Below, piece by piece: positions 16,140 to 29,895 of a stretch of 64,000 nt of DNA; the stretch's first letter is position 1, and the number at the start of each line of letters is the position of its first letter. Source of the DNA: the human T2T-CHM13v2.0 reference genome, Homo sapiens. The stretch is from the NCBI RefSeq assembly GCF_009914755.1, contig NC_060947.1, one strand, 5' to 3'. Under the pieces are notes generated by a model. It saw only the letters and a program-made list of their open reading frames with translations, had not been told where the DNA came from and searched no databases. Position numbers and translations under genes: made by a program.

Positions 16140-17390
16140 GTCTGTCTGTGTGTGGTTGGGCTGCCGTAAGAGTACCACAGGCTGGGGGCTTCAGCGACAT
16201 GCATTTGTTTTCTTGTGGTTCTGGAGGCTGGAAGTCCCAGATCCAGTTCCATCTTGGTTGGTTGGTTTCTGGTGTGGACTCTTTCTGGCTTGCAGATGGC
16301 CACCTGCTCACTGTGTTCTCTCAAAAGTGGATGGGGGCCGGGGAGGGGGGCGGCGCCGAGAGAGAGAGAGAGGGGGAAGAGAGAGAGAGAGCGAGCGAGT
16401 GCACTTGGGTGTCTCCGCTTTCTATAAGTGCACCAGCCCTATGGGATTAGGGCCCTCCACTCATATGACCTCATTTAACCTTTATCATCCCTTAACAGGC
16501 CTTATCTACAAATGCTTTGGGGTTCAGGTTTCAACATGAATTTTGAGGGTACCCAGTTCAGTCCATAGCATTCCACCCCTGGCCCCGCAAAACTCACATC
16601 CTTCTCACATACAAAATATATTCATTCCATCCCAACAGCCCCAAAAGTCTTAACTCATTCCAGCGTCAACTCTAAAGTCCAAAGCCTCATCCAGATCTCG
16701 TCTAAATCAGGTATGGGTGAGACTTGAGGTATGATTCATCCTGGGGCAAAATTTCTTTCCAGCCATGAACCTGTAAAACCAGACGTGTGCTTCCAAAATA
16801 CAATGGTGGGGCAGCTATAGGACAGACATTCCTGTTCCAAAGGGGAGAAGTAGGAAAGAAAGCAGGTCCCAAGCCAGTACAAAACCTAGCAAGACAAATT
16901 CCATGAGATCTTAAGGCTCCAGAATAATCCCCTGGCTAGATGCCCCGCTTTCCAGGCCCACTGGGGTGGCAGCATCACCCTCACAGCTCTGTTAGGTGCC
17001 CTTCTTTGACTGTGTGAGGCCCCCACCCTCTGAAACTGAGGACGAAACGGCCTTGTCCCCTAGCCCTGTGTGGGAGTGGCAGCCCGGATGGTCTTTGAAT
17101 TGCCTTCAGGGTGATTCTTTGATTTTCTTGAAGAATAGTCTGTGTTCTCATCTGAATATATCTATGGTCGCATCCTATAGAATCCAAGAAATCCAACAGC
17201 CTTGTTTCATTCACTTCCAGTTTCTCTGTCCTTGTAGTTCAAACTGGCAGTGTCTCTGCTGGTGTAAGCCCATCTTTCTTCCTGGCTTCTGCTAAGATGG
17301 CTGATTAACATCACGGGTAACCTCTCTATGGAGTGACTGTCCAGCCACACCCTTGGCGTTTTCTCCAGAACAAGCTCCCTCATTTTTGCA
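16140..17390 (-). mobile_element. MaLR MLT1A-type LTR (about 16140-16570) with adjoining internal sequence (about 16571-17390)
   Basis: ttctggaggctggaagtcc, gcttgcagatggcc, ttcaacatgaattttg...cagtccatagca, then MaLR-int motifs ttccacccctggcccc, cccaaaagtcttaactcattccagc and cttccaaaatacaatggtggg. Confidence 0.85.
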
Positions 17391-17600
17391 TCCATCTGCC
17401 CATCCCTCCCTCCCTCCGTCCCCCCATCCCTTTGTCCAGTCAGCCATCCCTGCCTCCATTCATCCCTGCTTCCATTCATCCTTTAGTCCATCCTTCCATC
17501 CCTCCCTCCATCCTTTCTCTCTCTATCCCCCCACTCATCTATTCATCTGAGCATAGCGCGCTCCAGGATCCCAGCTAGGTCCTGGGAGACAGGACCTCTA
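17390..17600. repeat. (TCCA/TCCC)n low-complexity tract, probably the decayed tail of an L2 fragment
   Basis: Repeated catccatc/cctccctc units followed by L2-like attcatctgagca...ctaggtcctgggaga. Confidence 0.65.
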
Positions 17601-18992
17601 TGATCCTTGACTTTGTGGTGTGCAGAGTCTGGTGGGGGCGTCTGGAGACACTTGCCCTTCAGTGAAAATTCAGAGCTAAGCAGCATCTTGGGATCAGGGT
17701 TGCCTGGGCTTGTGGTGAGGCTGCCTCTCCAGGGAAAGGGGACTGTGGATGCCTGGAGTGAGAAGACTGAGTTAAGGTCATTTCTGAGTGTAGAGCACTG
17801 GACTAGTTTTTGCAAGATGCAAAAACAAAGGGCCTTTGCCCTTGCAGCCTTGTTCTCTGAGATTGGGTTTCTAGACCATCATGTGTGAAAGCCAGGTGAG
17901 CATGGCCCTTTGGCCTCCCTTGGTTTCTGGACTTGGCAGTCACCCCTTCCTTCTGACATGCCCCCTCTGCCATCACAAAGCCGACCTCGGGCACGCGAAG
18001 TTTGCGTCAGCAAAAGGAACTCACTGTGGAGTCCTGATAAGCAATGTTCCAGCGATATGGGTGGCCAGGCAGTTCTGAACATAATTAAGCAGGCCTGATT
18101 TACCTGACAGTTCTCTTGGATGACAGTGCTGAACCCTCAGCTGCTGGCTCAGTTTTGGGGATGTGCATGGACAAGTTTGAGAGAGCAAATGTAGTTCAGA
18201 AAAATGGCAACTTACTTGTTCTCAGTGTTGCTTTCAGTCTTGGAGACATCTGGGTGTTGTGCTTTTGTTTTGACTGGCCAGCTGTCCTGCCCAGCCGAAG
18301 CTCAGCTCTGCCTAGCCAGGGCTCGAGGTGGGGCTTCTATTCCTGCCTCATGGTCACGTGCATCGGCTAAGAGAAGGAGCTCAGGGCACAGCCACAGGCC
18401 TCCGAGTTTGTGTGGCTGAAGGTTGGTTCTGCAGGCTTCCTAGTGGTGGTGTAAAGATTGGAGGAACCTTTGCAGACGGCCCAGTGTGTGTCCTCCGAGG
18501 GGCTCACTCTTGCCCAGCACACACAGTCAGCCTCAGGTGGACTTGGCCCAGCGTGTGTGAGCCAGGCCGAGAATGCACCGCTTCCCTGAGGCCGCAGGCA
18601 CATTTCAGTGGTGGTACTGGAGAGGCTCAGTGTGGATGGTAATAGCCTTTCGGATGCTCAAGGATCCAGAAATTTCTGCCACAGTGGCAGGGGCATATGG
18701 TGACATACACTGGCTTGGTTCCATGTAGTATAGAGTTTGGAATAATTGTTTTTATGTGGAGTATTTCCTGTGCTCCTGCAGGTGAAGAACTTTACTTCTT
18801 TTCTCTTCTAAAGGAGAATTTGGGGCTCCCTACTAAGCTGCCTCAGGTGGTTGCTGATAGGTCTGGCCTCTGCGTGTTTTGGATCAAGTGTTGTTGCCCA
18901 CAGTCCTGCTCTGAGGATTCTGTTGTTGTTGTTGTTAATGATTCTTGTGAGCCAATATTGAGCAAAATGACAGAGTCCTCCATCAGTGCCTG

Positions 18993-19494
<502 letters not shown>

Positions 19495-22400
19495 TAGAAA
19501 TCTTCACACTCATCATAAGTTACCACTTTAATGGGCATGCGTTAATGCAGAGACACTGCAGAAGACGTCACACTCCATGTTTTCCTGATGCCGCTTAACA
19601 GGGAAACCATCAAGGTCACGGAAACGGGCAGAAATGGTTACAAAGTGAGCTCTGGCATTGCCGTCCCTCTTGCGATGGTATGGAGCGGAGATGATGGCCA
19701 AGCTCCCAGTCAGTGGCCTCCTTGTGGAGTCAAGAAGGACTGTCCTGGCCCAGTGCTTGCTCAGGCCCCCTTGTTCCTGCCTTGCTCAGACAGCGGGCTC
19801 CCTTCTGCCCACACCTCAGCCTCCCTCCCCGCTGTTCCCTGCAGCCTCTTTCGACAAAGCAGATCTGCTGATGACAGGCCCTGCTTCACTTCCCAGTGGC
19901 GTCCTGCCATCTGCAGAACCCATCTCCTTATCAGGGTGGCCCAGGCTTTCTTCAGGAGGCTTCCTTTCACCACACCCACCCTCACCCAACCTAGGGCAGG
20001 TCCCAGTCCATCTGGGACTTGCCCATCATGGCTCCAGCGTCCCCCATTCCTCCCCTCCCCAGGCAGGTTAGAAGCGGCCTTGCTGCTCCTGTTGGGCCTT
20101 GAACCCAGTGCTTCTAAAACCCACCCATCCCCACGAGCTGCGCTTGTTTGCCTGGGTGGCTCTTCCCCTGTGCCTGGAGCTTTGGGAACAGGGTTCCTGA
20201 AACTGGAGTTCCCAGACTGGTAGCATTTTGTGTATCTTTGAGGCAGCATCTTGGGTGTACATGTAGACACATCTTTCCAGGCAGGACATCGATGGCTTGT
20301 CTCAGATTCCCAAAGAGATCCAAGACTTAAAAAGAACCACTGCCTGGGGCGGCTGCTCTCCTCTGCATCCTTTCCTGGCACACAATTAATATGCGCAGGC
20401 TGGATGACTGGAGGTCACAGATGCTTGGCATTTCCCCCCGTGCTTTTGTTCATGGATTCAGTTGGTGATATATGCAGCGATGCATCTATAAATAGTGGAA
20501 TTCTCATGCCCCAAAGAAAACGAGTTAAGTGACTGCTGAAAGTTGTTGTTGTTGTTGTTGTTTTTTTCCTTCGGGGTGTGGGGTGTTAATTAATGCCAAA
20601 AAAGGCAGGTGATAAAATCCTTTTGTTCTTACTCTTAGAATCCTGGTGCAGGACTTTCTGCAGCTGGGCTCCAATACAAACCAGAGTGGGGAGGGGACTT
20701 GATCTTGGCAGTATTGGAAAAGCTTTAATTGATACTATAGAGCCCGAAGGACTGACATCTTTACCCCTGTGTGCCGCTTGTCGTCTGAACGGATGGCCGA
20801 GACGCATCCTGGGTCGCCTTCCCTGTGATGCCATTTCTAAAGAATGTTATTGTTCAGCCCCTTCGCTCTCCTTGGCCAGTGTAGTTTTCCTTGCCCAATT
20901 CGGTTGAATTTACTTCTTCCGTCCATTGTTACTATTTGTTTCTTTATTTCCCAAATCCTTCCTTAAAACTTCTCCTTTTTAATTTTAAAATATCTCTTCC
21001 TGTTGTATTCAGTAGTAAATTAAGGACCAAAATATTATAATACTGTATTTTATTTTGAAAGGACTGTGTTAAGACTCCCATCTAAAATTTTGGCAATATT
21101 AAAAGTAAAAGGCTGATCGTTTGCTTCTCTAACTATACTCTCACCAGAGTAATCATCGTTAGAAATTTGTCAAGAGGGTAAAGGAGATAAGAAAGTATTT
21201 AAAAGTGGAATACGGTTCACATTACACTTATTCCTATAAAGAGCTCTTGGAACCCTTGAAGTTTGCTTGGAATCGGTTCTCTGAGTTCCGTGTGGAAGTG
21301 CAGGGAGCTGGCTGCCTCTGGCGTGGCTTCCAAGTCCTTGACTGCCCTTGCCCACATCCTGGTCTCACCACTTCTCAGGTGTGTGTCCCTGAGCTCAGCT
21401 TCCTCCTAGGTAACATGGGATGGTGATAGTGGGCCCACCTCCTCACGCTATCGTGATGATTAAGTGTTTGGTTGAGCACAGTGCTGGGCTTTGCTGTGTG
21501 GCTGCAGTGTTAGTTTGCACACCTGGCACCGTCCCGTGCAGTGGCCCTGCACATTCAGTGCTCCAGTATTTACATGATGTATCTATGTATACATATGTCC
21601 TGCAGCTTTGCCTGTCCAAGTACTGTGGACGGTTACCAAAAATAAGGAGCCTATTTTAATTACATACACAACCAGAAGAAAAATTAATGACATGTACATA
21701 CTGTACTGCCCCTAGGAAGTATGATGTGCTTTAATATTTTCTTTTTAAAATAAAATACTGCCAGGGACCTACTCACTCAATTTCACTGCTCACTGATAGG
21801 TTGTGACTATAGTGTGAGAGCCCTGATATAGAGAGTAATGGGATGAATGAACACAAAGGATTGGAAGTAATTAGTTTCGGGAATGTTTCAACATGTGTCC
21901 AGATGGAAGATATTCTGGAACATCCACCAGCCATGACTTGGAATTTACACATAAAAATCTCCAGATGCATCTAACAGCTTCAAGTGAGTGAGATGACAGC
22001 GAAGCTAGTGATAGCATCCAAGTCTTGTGTTTTTTTCTTCTCCCAAGTATTTCATGTGACTTGGAATCCTTAAATTCTTTTTTCCCCACTGTAAATGAAG
22101 TATTCAATAAGAACGTCAGTGTGTGTGTGTGTATTTTAAAAACAGCTTTAGTGAGGTGTAATTTCCATATCATAAAATGCACCCATTTTAGTACAGTCCT
22201 ATGAATTTTAGTCAATTATACAGCTGTGTGACTGTCATCACAATTAGGTTGTAGAACACGCCCATTGTCCCCTGCTGTCCCCAGTCCCACTTGCCTGACT
22301 ACCACTGCCTGGTTTCTCTTAGGGAAAGGCATGTTTCAGAAGTCAGACTCCTGGATGGTATCATTTCTCTGCCCTCCTTGACGAGGGAACTGCAGTGGCC

Positions 22401-23494
22401 TGGGGTTCTTCCTGGTTTCTGGGCCATCATGCCTGAAAGCCTGGTCTGGAGCCAGTGAGGAGGACCCATTTGGGTCCATGGGAGGGGGCTGGGTACTGAG
22501 GGCTGGTCTGTGCGTGCGTGGGGTGGGTCTAGGGATTTGTAAGCAGCTGTAGAATGAAGGCTCAGAGCTGACTTGGGAGTCCCCTAATGAGGTCCTCTAG
22601 CCTGCATTGGCTCCCCCTGTTAGTGCTTTGCAGCCATGATGCCATTCTTAATGCGACAAGCCCGAGTTTCCGATCACTCTGGTAAACAGCTCCCGAGCAC
22701 CTGTTCTGCCCAGTCCCTGAAGAGGAAGCCATGCATCTGTCACACTGCAGCCCATTCTCCCTCTGATCCAGTCTCTCCAGCTTCCAATCTGCACACCTAC
22801 TCATGAGCATTTCCTGTCCAGACCAGTACCATCTACAATCAGCTCTAGAGCTGCCACAGACAACCTGTTTTGGGTGGCAGACTCCATTCAGCATTGATCA
22901 AGTAATTCCGACTCATCCTGTATATGCAGTGGAGCACCTCCTGGGCAAGTCCTGGAGCCCTGTGGGGGTCAGGTCAGCATTGGAGGGGATGCCAGCCTTG
23001 CCCTGAAGGAACTAGTACTCGGGGAGATGCAATGTTTATTAATGACCGCATTCTACTTAGAGTTTTAAGAACTGCCACAGAAGAGATCAAGTGCTGAGGC
23101 TGGCCAAAGAAAGGCCAGCTTGCTTCTGGCTGGGCTGGGCTGGGCTGGGTCTGGACCTGAGGAATCTGGGCCACATCTTAGAAGAAGCATTAGCATTTGA
23201 ACAGGAAAGGGGCGGGGTGAGGGGAAACTTGGCAAAGGGAAAGAACAATCCAGGTTTGGGGATAGCAGTTCCCATGGGTTACTGGGAATGCGGATGGATA
23301 TGAGGGGGTTGGAGGGAAGCCAGGAGTTCCCTGTATGCGGTTTTGTGGTCTTAGAAGTGTGGTTCCTTCAAAATCCCCACTAGTGGCTTGTGGAGGATGG
23401 CAACTCAGGCCAGGTCTTTCTTAAGTGATGCACCTGTGCACCTGTGATCATTTGCAGACTCAAATTACTGTAGAATTTAGATGAGAGTGTGACG

Positions 23495-23800
23495 TTGTGA
23501 TATCCAGTGCAGTAGCCACAGCCACACGCAAATGAGCACTTGAATCGGGTCAGTCCTAAAATGAAATGGGCTTAACCTGTAAAACACACCGGGTTTCAAA
23601 GACTCCATTGAAATAAAGAATGAAAAGCATTCCATTTGTAATTTTTGTAGTCATTACGTGTAAAAATGATAGTATTTGCAGTATAGTGGGTTAAATAAAA
23701 CATGTTTTAAAATTCATTTCGCCTGTTTCTTTTTACTCGTTTAAGAAGTTTTGCATTAATATGTGGGCTCTCATTCTGATTCCATTGGACAGTGCTGCCC
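23495..23800. mobile_element. MER33-like hAT element
   Basis: gtagccacagccaca...gagcacttgaa, gtaaaacacaccgggtttcaaagact, gggttaaataaaa, attggacagtgctg. Confidence 0.75.
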
Positions 23801-25354
23801 CAGAGAATTCTTTGTACCAGCTGGGCTAAAGTCTGTCTCTATTTTATTTACTGTAAATTGTATCCCTAGAACTTATATATGGAGGTGAACAAAGTGTTTT
23901 CACATCAGCTCAGGAGTGTGCTCTTGATAGGCTTGTTGAGAAATTCCTTTTCTCTGTTATTCTGTCTCAGAGGGACCCTTGCTGGGGGGCACTCAGATGA
24001 TGGCTGCGGTTGGGCGCCCCTCTGGGTTTGGTTTCCTTTGGGTGGTAGACTCGAATTTTGGCCTCAGGTCAGCTTGCTTTTAGATTATGTTCCTTTCATA
24101 CAGTATTATGCTGCTAAATCAAAATAATAGCGACATTCTTCCAGTCTTTAGAGGAAAAAAATAAAATGGAAGGAAAACAGGCATTACTGGAGAATGTAAT
24201 ACATTCCAGAAACCTTGATAATAGTCTCAGGCCTTCTGCCTCATCACCTTATAGTAAAACGGAGAAAATGGAGGCACAGTGAGACTGAGTCATTTGCCTA
24301 TGCTCAACCTCTAGGAAGTACTTAAAGTATAGTTTCCTCAGTTTGAAGTTTTTCTCCCTTAAAGTTTTAAATAATTGTTCCCATCTATGTCTGTGATTCA
24401 ATAAAATATGTACCGAGGGACCTTAGATGTATTCAGTCATTACTGGGTGGCATTTTTCAGGTGTTTGGACTTCCATTGCACCAATGCCTGAACATGCCTG
24501 AGAACCGGTAGGATCACTGGGGCTGCAGAGCCCCAGGGGTTTGCTGGTTTTCTTGAATACCTCCTGGACTGATTTTCCTAGAACAGTTTATTCTTTGCTG
24601 GAGGATAGAACATCTTGCTAAGATCTTGTCTCTTTATCTTCTCTGGACACTCCCTTTCTGGTGGGCAGACCCACATTCAGGAAACCAGATTGTAGATCAG
24701 AAGGTGGCATGGTCAGTGCAAACTCAGAACAAAAGACCTAGGGGAGGTACTCAGGGATGTTGCATCAAGCTCTGGTAGCTGATGAAAGTCACCTTCCTTC
24801 CAAGGATAGATCTGTCTAAAAAAAGAGCTGTCCGAGTGAGGAATGACCCTGTAGTGCTCTGGCCTCCCGAGTCCTGCATTTCTTATAATCTAGGCCTTGT
24901 GATCTCAGTCAAGTTAAAATGCCCTTCTGTCCCCTTCCAGTTCTTTCTTAAGTGTTAATTGGCTCCAAACTGGTTTTTCTATGGTATCAGTTCCTGAAAT
25001 TGGCCGGATTAATTTATCATGCACTTTAATGAAGGACTCTTGTGTTTGAGGGCTCTGGCTTAGAAAGGTGAATCCTTTCTTCCAAGGAACTCACAGACTG
25101 TTAGGGGAGGTAGCCTGTCAAATGATGACTATGCTATAAAGCAAGAAGCACTGTCCGTAATGGAAATGTGGGCAGTGGTCTTTCTTACCCCTGCCCCGCA
25201 GGACTCCATAGTGGGGAAGGACAAACCAGTTCTCTCCAAAACATGTCTATACTTGGATAACTTTTTTGTGAATCACTAAAGATGCTCATGTCATCAAATG
25301 AGATGAAATATTCAGACTTTTCACAAATTCTGATTATTTCCTTCCTTTGTCCAG

Positions 25355-25765
25355 ATCTCCAAGTGGGTTAGCCAGCTAACTATACTAACAGCTCCAAAGT
25401 CTTATTGCTTAGCAGAATAGAAGTTTCTCACTCATGTCAGTTTAGTATTGGTTGGGGCGTGGAGGGTGGACCCAGGCTGCTTCTGTGGTGTGGCTTGCCC
25501 ATTTTTTGAGGCTTTGCTGTCCTCCAGTGGGTTCTTTGCTTTGGGCCCACAGGCAAGGGAAGAGAGAAGGCATGGGGAATCCTGCCAGAAGCTTCTGGGA
25601 CAAGCCTTGGAAGGGGTGTACATTGCTTCTGCCCACATTCCATTGTCTAGAGCCCAGTCACATGGTGCCACCCAGCTGCAAGGGAGAGAGACTGTGAAGT
25701 GTGATCTCTCTGTGGGCCCAAGAGGAAGAGGAAGCAGGGGTTTGGTGGATATGTAGCACTGTTGC
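25355..25765. mobile_element. Old MaLR LTR (MLT1I/J/K-like)
   Basis: cttctgcccacattccattg...agtcacatgg..ccacccagctgcaaggga...gcccaagaggaagagga. Confidence 0.7.
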
Positions 25766-27542
25766 TGCTCCATTGCTTTGGGTAACAAATACCGACTCAT
25801 AGGAGGCAGCCTTTAAGTATTGGCTTCACTGATGGGGTAGTACCGTTTCATTGTGACAATTAAAAGATGCATCTGGCATATTTCTCACTGGGGTTTTATG
25901 ACCTGAGTGATATCCCTGCTGGGATATCAGTAACACTGACCTTCAAACTCAGGCGAGTTGGCTGTGAACAGGCTCCCCCAGCTCTCTCAGGCTGGCTGGC
26001 CCATTGCTTCACTGTGAAAAGCTATGCCCTGGAGAACATGCTGGCACCTGGCTTTTCAGGTGGACGTTCAGGAAGGTGTAGGTGCCAATGAGGGGAATTG
26101 TGTCCTGGGAGGCTCATGGCAAGGTAGAAAAGTCTCAGTGAGATGGACATGGTTGAGGGCTAGAGGACAGTGCTACACCTTGTCACCACTGAAGCAGTGA
26201 GACAGATCTTGGTGGTGTGCTCTTCGTGTTTCAGATTGAAGACTCTGAGGCTGGCGGTCTTCTGTCAATGCAGCTTTGCACTCCTCAGGCACAGGGGTTT
26301 ACCTGCATCTGATTCTCTGTGGTCATTCCCCACCTCCCCCGCAAAAAAACACCTACAGGCATCCATGGTCAAGTGTCTTACGGATTTACTGCCATTCATA
26401 AAGCCTCTAAACATCCCTTTTTTCCTTGAAATACATTTGAGGAGCTGTTTGCTTTTTATATTAGTCTGGGAATTTGTCCATTAATTATGATAGTTTTGTG
26501 TTAGAGACAATAAAAAGACTGACAATGTATAATTTTTTTTTTTTTGATTCTTAAGAGGACTTCACATTTCCACAAGGAAATTACAAATGTTATTTAAGAA
26601 TGATTAGTTCCGAGGCTCTATCACTAACAGTCGGGACACTCACACTATATTAATACATGGTTGCAACGTTTAGATTGAGTTCTAGGTGTAATTACTCATT
26701 GCCCTACATTCTAGACTTATAGAATTGGACTTGAAGACAAGAGCCAGTTCAATTCCTATGCATATTCTAAATAAATACCTTGGGCAAAAACACAGATTTT
26801 AAATGATTATTCCAAATGGCTTTTCAGGATTAGTGTGACAGGTTTGTGGCACATTCACTACTATTTTAAACTTTGACAGAGGAACGAGGAGTCTCTCTAA
26901 AAGAACTTCTGAGCTTCGTTTTTTTGGGGTGATCAACATCCCTGGGAATCTGATGAATGCCATGTACTGTGCTTATCAATTTTTCTTTCTAATTTCAGGG
27001 AGCTCAGGGACCCGTTCTCTGCTACGGGAGAGCCGTGGCTCTGAGTGTAAATGCTTGCCACCAAAAGCTTGGAGAAGCAACTAGCACAGCAAACAGGGTC
27101 AAATTCACCACCTAAGTAACCACAAGCGGGCTGGTGTCCAAGTTCCGGCGGGCTTTGAAACTCACTGTGAGCCAGGTAGCTTAGAAAAGGTGGAGGAAGT
27201 CATTAGGATTTCCTGAGGATTGGGTTGGAACTGAAGCCGAGATTAATAGTGTCCTCTCTGAAGAGCATTTTAACAAACGTGAATTGGAAATATAAAGATC
27301 TTCTTGTTCCCTGAGACTGGAAGGTGTAGCACAAGTGCCAGAGCATTGCCCTGGCCTCCTTTTGATGGAGAGAATGTGTGAGGGATCAGCAGCGCTCATC
27401 CCTTCTCACTGTTCCACCTTCTGCTACCCACCTGTAGTTTCCTACAGTTTGGTCCAGGGAAGGTGTGGGCTTCGGGGCATGGGTCTGCCACCGACTGCCT
27501 TGCTCGCTCTCTCTGGCCCTGCAGTCTCCCCAGCTGCTGTCT

Positions 27543-27976
27543 TGTGGTCAGCAGAACAATGGCTTCCAAGATGTGCATGTCGCTAAGCCCTGGAACCTGT
27601 GAATATGTTGACATGCGTGGCAAAAGGGACTTTGTAGCTGTGATGACTTTAAGGATCCTGCCCAGGGAAGATGGTCCCGGATGATCTGGGCAGGCCCAGT
27701 GTCATCACAAGGGTCCTTATGAGTGGAAGAAGGAGACAGAATAGAGAGAACCAGAAAGATGGCATCCTGAGAAAGACTCATCTGGCCATGCTGCCTTTGA
27801 GAATGGAGGAAGGAAGGGGCTACTAGCCAAGGACTACAGGAGGCCTGTAGGAGGTGGAAAGGGTACAGGAACAGATTCTCCCCAGAACCTCCAGAAGGAA
27901 CGCAGGCCCCTGGACCCATTTTAGACTTCTAATGTTGAGAACTGTAAGGGAATCCATTTGTGTTGTTTAAAGCTAC
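27543..27976 (+). mobile_element. MLT1D-like MaLR LTR
   Basis: ccctggaacctgtgaatatgtt, ggcaaaagggactttg, atcacaagggtcctta, acagattctccccagaacctccagaaggaac. Confidence 0.85.
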
Positions 27977-28889
27977 ATGGCCCAGGTGCCATCTCTCAAG
28001 GGACCCAGCAGGATACAGTAGGCGAAAAGGGAACAAAAGCTGGGCCGTGCCTTCTTTCTTCTCTCCCCTCTCTGGCCCTGGAATGACCAGCAGTGTGTAT
28101 TCGTGTGCTCTGCTGAACCAAGAAATGTGGTTTGTGAAGGGCACGATCTGCATCTGGCAGCTCTCTGGGTGGTGGCTGAGGGCAGAGAAAGTGAGTGACT
28201 CTGGGGTTGATGCTGTTGCGGGGGTGGGATGAAGAGACAGTGGCAGCTGGCCCAGGAAGTCCCCCACCTTCCAAAAGCGCTGTCAAACCTCCGCTGTCTC
28301 CCTACCAGCTTGTTCCCTGAAGGTCAGCCCGCTTAGGCCATGTGGATTCATCTGGAGCCTGGGGCTGAATGCATTAAACTTATCCCCAGAAGGTGGTGAA
28401 AAAGACCACTTCTTTCTTTGCAGGTGAGCATGTGAGGCGATGGGAGAGCGCTTTGGCAACATCTCTCAAATATTTACTGTCAGCTCCTCTCTCTTACTTA
28501 CAGTAAAGAGCAGAAAGCTGGGACGTACCTAAGTGGATGACCCAGGGTGCCTGGTAAATAAGTGACGCCGACAGAGCTAAAAGACGTGAGGCAATACCCA
28601 ACTGAAATGCAATAAGTTTATGACATTATATCTAGTATGATATGAGCTATGGAAAAAATGTAGGACAAAGAAGAGAGAAAAAGAAGCTAAAATGTGAATC
28701 CAAGGCTTCTGGATCTTGAGTGGTTATATTCCATGTAGACATTATGATCTGAATTTTTGCATCAAATTTAAGATATAGGGGTAAAACTTCATATCCTTTG
28801 ACCTTGAAATTTAATTCTGAGAATTTTTTCAAAGAATAATTATAAGTACGGCTTATGAGCTTTATAGACACAGATATTCCTTCTATCAT

Positions 28890-29895
28890 TAATATAAAAT
28901 TGAGATATATTTCACATGTGCCATAATAGTCACCATTTCAAAGTGTACAGCAGTGGTTTTTAGTATATTCCCAAGGTTGTACAGCCATCACCCTATCTAA
29001 TTCCAGAACATTTTCTTCCCACTAAAAGGAAACCCTGTGCTCGTTAACAGTCACTCCCATTCCCTCTTTCCCCCAGCCCCTGGTCACCACTGATCCACTT
29101 TCTGTCTCTCTGGGTTTGCCTATTCTGGATATTTCCTTTAGATGGAACCTCACAATGTGTGGCCTCTGTGTCCGGCCTCTTTCACCCAGCACATTGACTT
29201 CAGGGTTCATCTGTGTTGTAGCATGTATCAATACAGTTGACCCTTAAACAACATGGGTTTGAACTGCATGGGTCCACTTATTCTCCTGCCTCTGTCACCC
29301 CCGAATCGGCAAGACCAACCATTCCACGTCCATGCCGGCCTACTCAGTATGAAGACTAAGATGAAGACCTTTATGATGATCTACTTCCACTTAATGAATA
29401 GTAAATATATTTTCTCTTCCTTGTGATTTTCTTAATAAATTTTCTTTATCTTATTTTATTGTAAGAATATGGTGTATAATGTCAAAATATGTGTTAATCA
29501 ACTGTTTATGTAATCAGTAAGATTTCTGGTCAGTAGTAGGCTGTTAGTAATTAAGTTTTTGGAGAGTGAAAAGTTATACATGGATTTTGAAAGTTCGTGG
29601 GGGTCAGTGCCCCAACAATTGCGTCTATTCCTGCATTCCTTTTTATGTCTGAATACTATTCCATCGTATGGCTAGACCATGTTTTATTTATCCATTCAGC
29701 AGTTGATGGCTGTTAGCTGTTTCCACCTTTTGGCTATTATGAATAGTGCTGCTATGAACATTCATGTGCAAGTTTTTGTGTGAACGTATGTTTTCATTTA
29801 TCTTGTGTATATACTTAGAAGTAGAATTGCCGCATCATATGGTTATAACTCTATGTTTAAGTGTTTGGGAAATTGCTGAACTATTTCCCAAGCAT
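28890..29895 (-). mobile_element. L1MB-like 3' fragment, interrupted by Tigger2a
   Basis: gtttgcctattctggatattt, ccaccttttggctattatgaatagtgctgctatgaacattcatgtgcaagtttttgtg. Confidence 0.85.
29234..29620 (+). mobile_element. Tigger2a-like TcMar element nested in L1M
   Basis: TA|cagttgacccttaaacaacatgggtttgaactgc, gatgaagacctttatgatgatctacttccacttaatgaatagtaaatat. Confidence 0.88.

Noticed and set aside
19588-20381. Overlapping ORFs of 211 aa (+) and 206 aa (-)
   Set aside because: GC-rich, stop-poor intron; Pro/Ser/Gly-rich translations with no recognisable homology.
21875-21983. Frame reading FRECFNMCPDGRYSG (furin-repeat-like) ending at a CAA|gtgagt donor
   Set aside because: No polypyrimidine tract at the putative acceptor, and the motif is too short to exceed chance.
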